A DNA stretch of 64,000 nucleotides from Massalongia carnosa (lineage: Eukaryota). Positions 60,877 to 64,000 of this stretch are shown here, in pieces. Both the position numbers and the translations under genes were made by a program. The stretch is from contig OZ287073.1 of assembly GCA_965645245.1 (NCBI GenBank), positions 1,860,001 to 1,924,000 of the forward strand, given 5' to 3'. The number at the start of each line of letters is the position of its first letter. Within the stretch, counting starts at the first letter, position 1. The notes beneath the pieces are model-generated. The model saw only the letters and a list, made by a program, of their open reading frames with translations. It had not been told where the DNA came from and ran no database searches.

Positions 60877-61890
60877 ATGACGAACACCCGTTCCCAAAGC
60901 ACCCCGATGGACGACATAGTCCCCGACTCCCAGGAGATTGTCGGATTGACGCAGGCCCAGTCCAATCAAATCTTCGCCCTACAAAAGAAGAAAGCCGAGG
61001 CAGAAGCGAAGGCGGCCGAGGCTGAGGCCAGAATTGCCGAGTCCAAGGCATTGGTCGCCGAGAAGGAGGTGGAAAAAATGCAGCTAGAAATCGACTGCAT
61101 GCGCCGAGAATCTGACGCCCGAATAGCGGCCGTCATTCCTGCTGGCAAGCCGAGTCGTGTCGTCGGCGATGACGACGAGGACCTAGGTGAGATCCCTCTC
61201 GAAGTAAGAAGTATAGCACCCCGTTTCGCGGGCCTACCACAGGACGAGATCATCAAGATCTTTTCAAATAAATTCAAAGCCATCAACCTCTCCCGCCTCC
61301 GACACATGCACGGCATGCAATACGAGTCCTACAAGGATCAGGACCGCATCGGCATCGAAGACGGCGCCTTGAGGTTGAGAAAGGCATCCGGGACCTACAA
61401 AGATTTCGGAAAGACAGTTCATGACGTCTGGACCGAGAGCTTCATCAACTACACCTCGATCATGGTCAGTCTTTTCGGGAAATCGAGTCAACAGCTTCAC
61501 GCCACCATGTCGGCATTCCACGGAAAAATCCTCACGCTGGCCAAGGTGTACGAGTGGCAGGAAGCAGTCCTCCCCCTCGCCATCGAAACCCACACTCACA
61601 TCATCGCGTCTCAGCCATCCGACGCATCCCAATGGAAAATGCCCGACGAATTCCAAGCTCGATTCTGCACCCCCCTCACAGTCCTACGCCGTCGCCGCTC
61701 ACGATCCCCGCCGTCCCGGCGACCGACCCCGAGAGGAGACAGGGCCGATAGGGCCGAGAAGGCAGCGGGGGAAATCTGCGACAAGTACAACAGCGGCACC
61801 TGCACCTGGCCGTCGTGCTACCGACAGCACAAATGTAAATCGTGCGGCGCGGCTGGGCATGGCCAGAAGACATGCCCAACGAAGAAATAG
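60877..61890 (+). CDS. Gag-like protein of the YR retroelement
   Basis: Coiled-coil N-terminus, C-terminal CDKYNSGTCTWPSCYRQHKCKSCGAAGHGQKTC zinc fingers. Confidence 0.85.
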   Translation: MTNTRSQSTPMDDIVPDSQEIVGLTQAQSNQIFALQKKKAEAEAKAAEAEARIAESKALVAEKEVEKMQLEIDCMRRESDARIAAVIPAGKPSRVVGDDDEDLGEIPLEVRSIAPRFAGLPQDEIIKIFSNKFKAINLSRLRHMHGMQYESYKDQDRIGIEDGALRLRKASGTYKDFGKTVHDVWTESFINYTSIMVSLFGKSSQQLHATMSAFHGKILTLAKVYEWQEAVLPLAIETHTHIIASQPSDASQWKMPDEFQARFCTPLTVLRRRRSRSPPSRRPTPRGDRADRAEKAAGEICDKYNSGTCTWPSCYRQHKCKSCGAAGHGQKTCPTKK

Positions 61891-61935
61891 GGGGTTGGTG
61901 CAGGAGGCAGTAGAATAGCTTCAATAGCTGAATTC

Positions 61936-63639
61936 ATGACGTCCCATCCCTGCTTACCTGCACCAATCAGACCAAATACAATCCCTTCGTTTCAACTCGT
62001 AGACGCATCTCGTCAGCGTTTGAAAGACAGCCCATCTCCCCTCGTACCGTCCGCATGGGCAACTCTACTTCAAGAGTATCCGGGCCCCCTCCGAGTCCAT
62101 CTGCCCATGATCCTTCGTTTCGGAGTACAAATCGGATACGAAGGCCCCACAGACATCCTTCGGATCGAAAAAAATCTGACATCAGCGAATGAGGACCCGG
62201 AAACGATCGAGAATAAGCTCCAAGAGGACCTCAGGAAGGGCCGAGTCAGACGAATAGCCGCCCCGAGTCAGCCATTTGTGGCCTCCCCCCTCGGCTTGGT
62301 CCCGAAACATGACGGAGGATGGCGACGCATTCATCATCTGTCTCATCCCAATCAAACATCAGTCAACGACAACATTCCAGAAGAGGCATCCAAATTACAA
62401 TACGCCAGACTCGACGACATTATTCAATTGATTCTGTCAGCGGGCAAAGGTGCTGTCATAGTGAAAAGAGACGTCAAAGACGCCTTTCGAAACGTTCCCG
62501 TCGCACCTCATCATCAATGGCTTCTGGGTTTCGGATGGAATGACGAATTCTACACCGAGACATGCCTTTCGTTCGGACTGTCGACGGCCCCGTTCATCTT
62601 CAATCTTTTTGCGGAAGGCTTTCATTGGATTTTGGAATCCTTTCTACAATGGAGATTACATCACTATCTAGACGACTTCGTTGCAATTTTCCCATCCGAG
62701 ACATCGTCAGAACGATTGCACCAAGAAACAAAAGCCTACAACATTCTCACCGACATTCTTGGCATCCCGAGAAACGACTCAAAAGACGCCGAGGGAACGA
62801 CAGCGACAGTCTTCGGACTCGAGGTCGACACCATCAACAGTCTTATTCGTCTGCCAGCGGACAAGCTGGAAAAAGCGAGAATCATCACTACAAAGGCACT
62901 AAACGAGACGACAATCAGCCTCGGCGACATGCAGTCAATAGCGGGCTTCCTAAGCTTCTGCGCACAGGCAGTCAAATTGGGCCGAGTCTTCTTACGATTA
63001 TTCTGGAATTTTATAGCCTCATTTCCCTCGGGCAGTCATCGTCGGGTCAAAAGAAGAATTCCCACATGGGTCAGACAGGATCTCATCTGGTGGAACAAAC
63101 TTTTAGTGGACTTCAACGGTATTGTCTTCTTCGAGACGTCAACACGAGACACGATCAAGGTGCATACGGATGCATGCCTCACGGGTCTCGGAGGCTATTT
63201 TCAACAAGACAACGAGCTCGTGAATCAAAAAAACGCATGTAGGGCCCGAGTCCTAGTCCTCAATCAGGAAGAATCACCGAGCATAAACGTCCGAGAAGTC
63301 GAGGCTATCCTTCTAATCCTTCAGAAATGGGCGCCGACATGGCGACATCGACAGATCCTTGTCTTTACCGACAGCAACACAGCATACACAGGATTCACGA
63401 ATCTAACCCTCAAGGGACCGGCCAACGCGCCTCTACGAGAAATACTGTCCATAGCTGCAAAGTGGGACATCGTACTACGTTGTCAATGGATCAGTGGCAC
63501 TTCCAATGGACTAGCAGATGCCCTGTCACGTTTTGATGATGAAAGATTGGCTAACTTTTGCCCTCATTGGCAGAACCCATACAATTCGATGAACCTCCCT
63601 CCACCTACCTATCCTCCACACCAGGGTCAGCCCTGGTAA
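61936..63639 (+). CDS. Reverse transcriptase / RNase H of the YR retroelement
   Basis: SPLGLVPK, WRRIHHLS, DVKDAF, LSFGLSTAP, HYLDDF, HTDAC, TDS, NGLADALSR. Confidence 0.93.
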   Translation: MTSHPCLPAPIRPNTIPSFQLVDASRQRLKDSPSPLVPSAWATLLQEYPGPLRVHLPMILRFGVQIGYEGPTDILRIEKNLTSANEDPETIENKLQEDLRKGRVRRIAAPSQPFVASPLGLVPKHDGGWRRIHHLSHPNQTSVNDNIPEEASKLQYARLDDIIQLILSAGKGAVIVKRDVKDAFRNVPVAPHHQWLLGFGWNDEFYTETCLSFGLSTAPFIFNLFAEGFHWILESFLQWRLHHYLDDFVAIFPSETSSERLHQETKAYNILTDILGIPRNDSKDAEGTTATVFGLEVDTINSLIRLPADKLEKARIITTKALNETTISLGDMQSIAGFLSFCAQAVKLGRVFLRLFWNFIASFPSGSHRRVKRRIPTWVRQDLIWWNKLLVDFNGIVFFETSTRDTIKVHTDACLTGLGGYFQQDNELVNQKNACRARVLVLNQEESPSINVREVEAILLILQKWAPTWRHRQILVFTDSNTAYTGFTNLTLKGPANAPLREILSIAAKWDIVLRCQWISGTSNGLADALSRFDDERLANFCPHWQNPYNSMNLPPPTYPPHQGQPW

Positions 63640-64000
63640 AACGTCTCGTCTGGCACGGACACTCGGCGGACACGAGAAAAGGGTACGGGACGGCGATCGA
63701 CTCATACGAGGCATTCTGCGCGACGACGGGACGCACGTCGTGGCCTGCAACAACCGAGTCCCTCGAGGAATGGCTAGCCGGTCGACTATACGGGGGCGGC
63801 ACACCCAAGCAGGGAAAGATAAAACCAGAGACGGCAGCGAGCTACCTCGCCGGCCTCAGATCATACCATGTAGACCGAGGATACGGCCTCACCCCATTCG
63901 AGGGGCCGAGACTTCAATTGATGCTGAAAGGGGGAAAAAGGATCTTTTCTCAGACAAAAAGAAGACGCCTACCCATTTCAAAAGAATTACTGACAAAAAT
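63555..64000 (+). CDS. Tyrosine recombinase, N-terminal part (3' partial, no ATG at its start)
   Basis: Open frame LVWHGHSADTRKGYGTAIDSY...YLAGLRSYHVD...RLPISKELL overlapping the end of RT in the -1 frame. Confidence 0.82.

Larger units (their letters stand above)
60389..64000 (+). mobile_element. Tyrosine-recombinase retrotransposon (Ngaro/DIRS-like), apparently intact, runs off the window; left boundary approximate
   Basis: gag, RT/RNase H and YR ORFs in series; NRPS similarity stops abruptly at 60388. Confidence 0.88.

Noticed and set aside
63555..64000. Starship captain or Crypton tyrosine recombinase
   Set aside because: The YR directly follows gag and RT/RNase H, the layout of YR retrotransposons.
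1..64000. tRNA, rRNA or hammerhead ribozyme genes
   Set aside because: None recognised by eye; tRNAscan-SE and Infernal would be needed to exclude them.

Overview
Eukaryotic, very probably filamentous-ascomycete, repeat-rich accessory region (short GT-AG introns, Pezizomycotina-type transposons, fungal NLR and NRPS genes). Most of the window is nested mobile DNA: three Ty1/copia elements, one intact chromodomain Ty3/gypsy element, a Tc1-like and two pogo/Fot1-like DNA transposons, an AcademH-like (RecQ helicase plus DDE transposase) element with a non-autonomous derivative, two tyrosine-recombinase (Ngaro-like) retroelements, a Helitron-like fragment and more than ten solo LTRs. Host-type genes are two NB-ARC/TPR NLR loci, each tied to a SesB-like alpha/beta hydrolase, plus ankyrin remnants and a decayed NRPS. 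The top candidate system is a head-to-head pair at 48115-52442. The intact NLR begins with a short G/N/I/V-rich motif, and the neighbouring hydrolase ends with a homologous motif. This is the layout of fungal amyloid-signalling pairs, but the motif does not match the HET-s, sigma or PP consensus as I recall them. Also unusual: a copia family whose LTRs end in CT...AG instead of TG...CA, confirmed at two independent insertions with 5-bp TSDs, and an AcademH-like family with an 8-bp TSD whose large copy has mirror-image flanks. All calls were made by eye; no searches were run.
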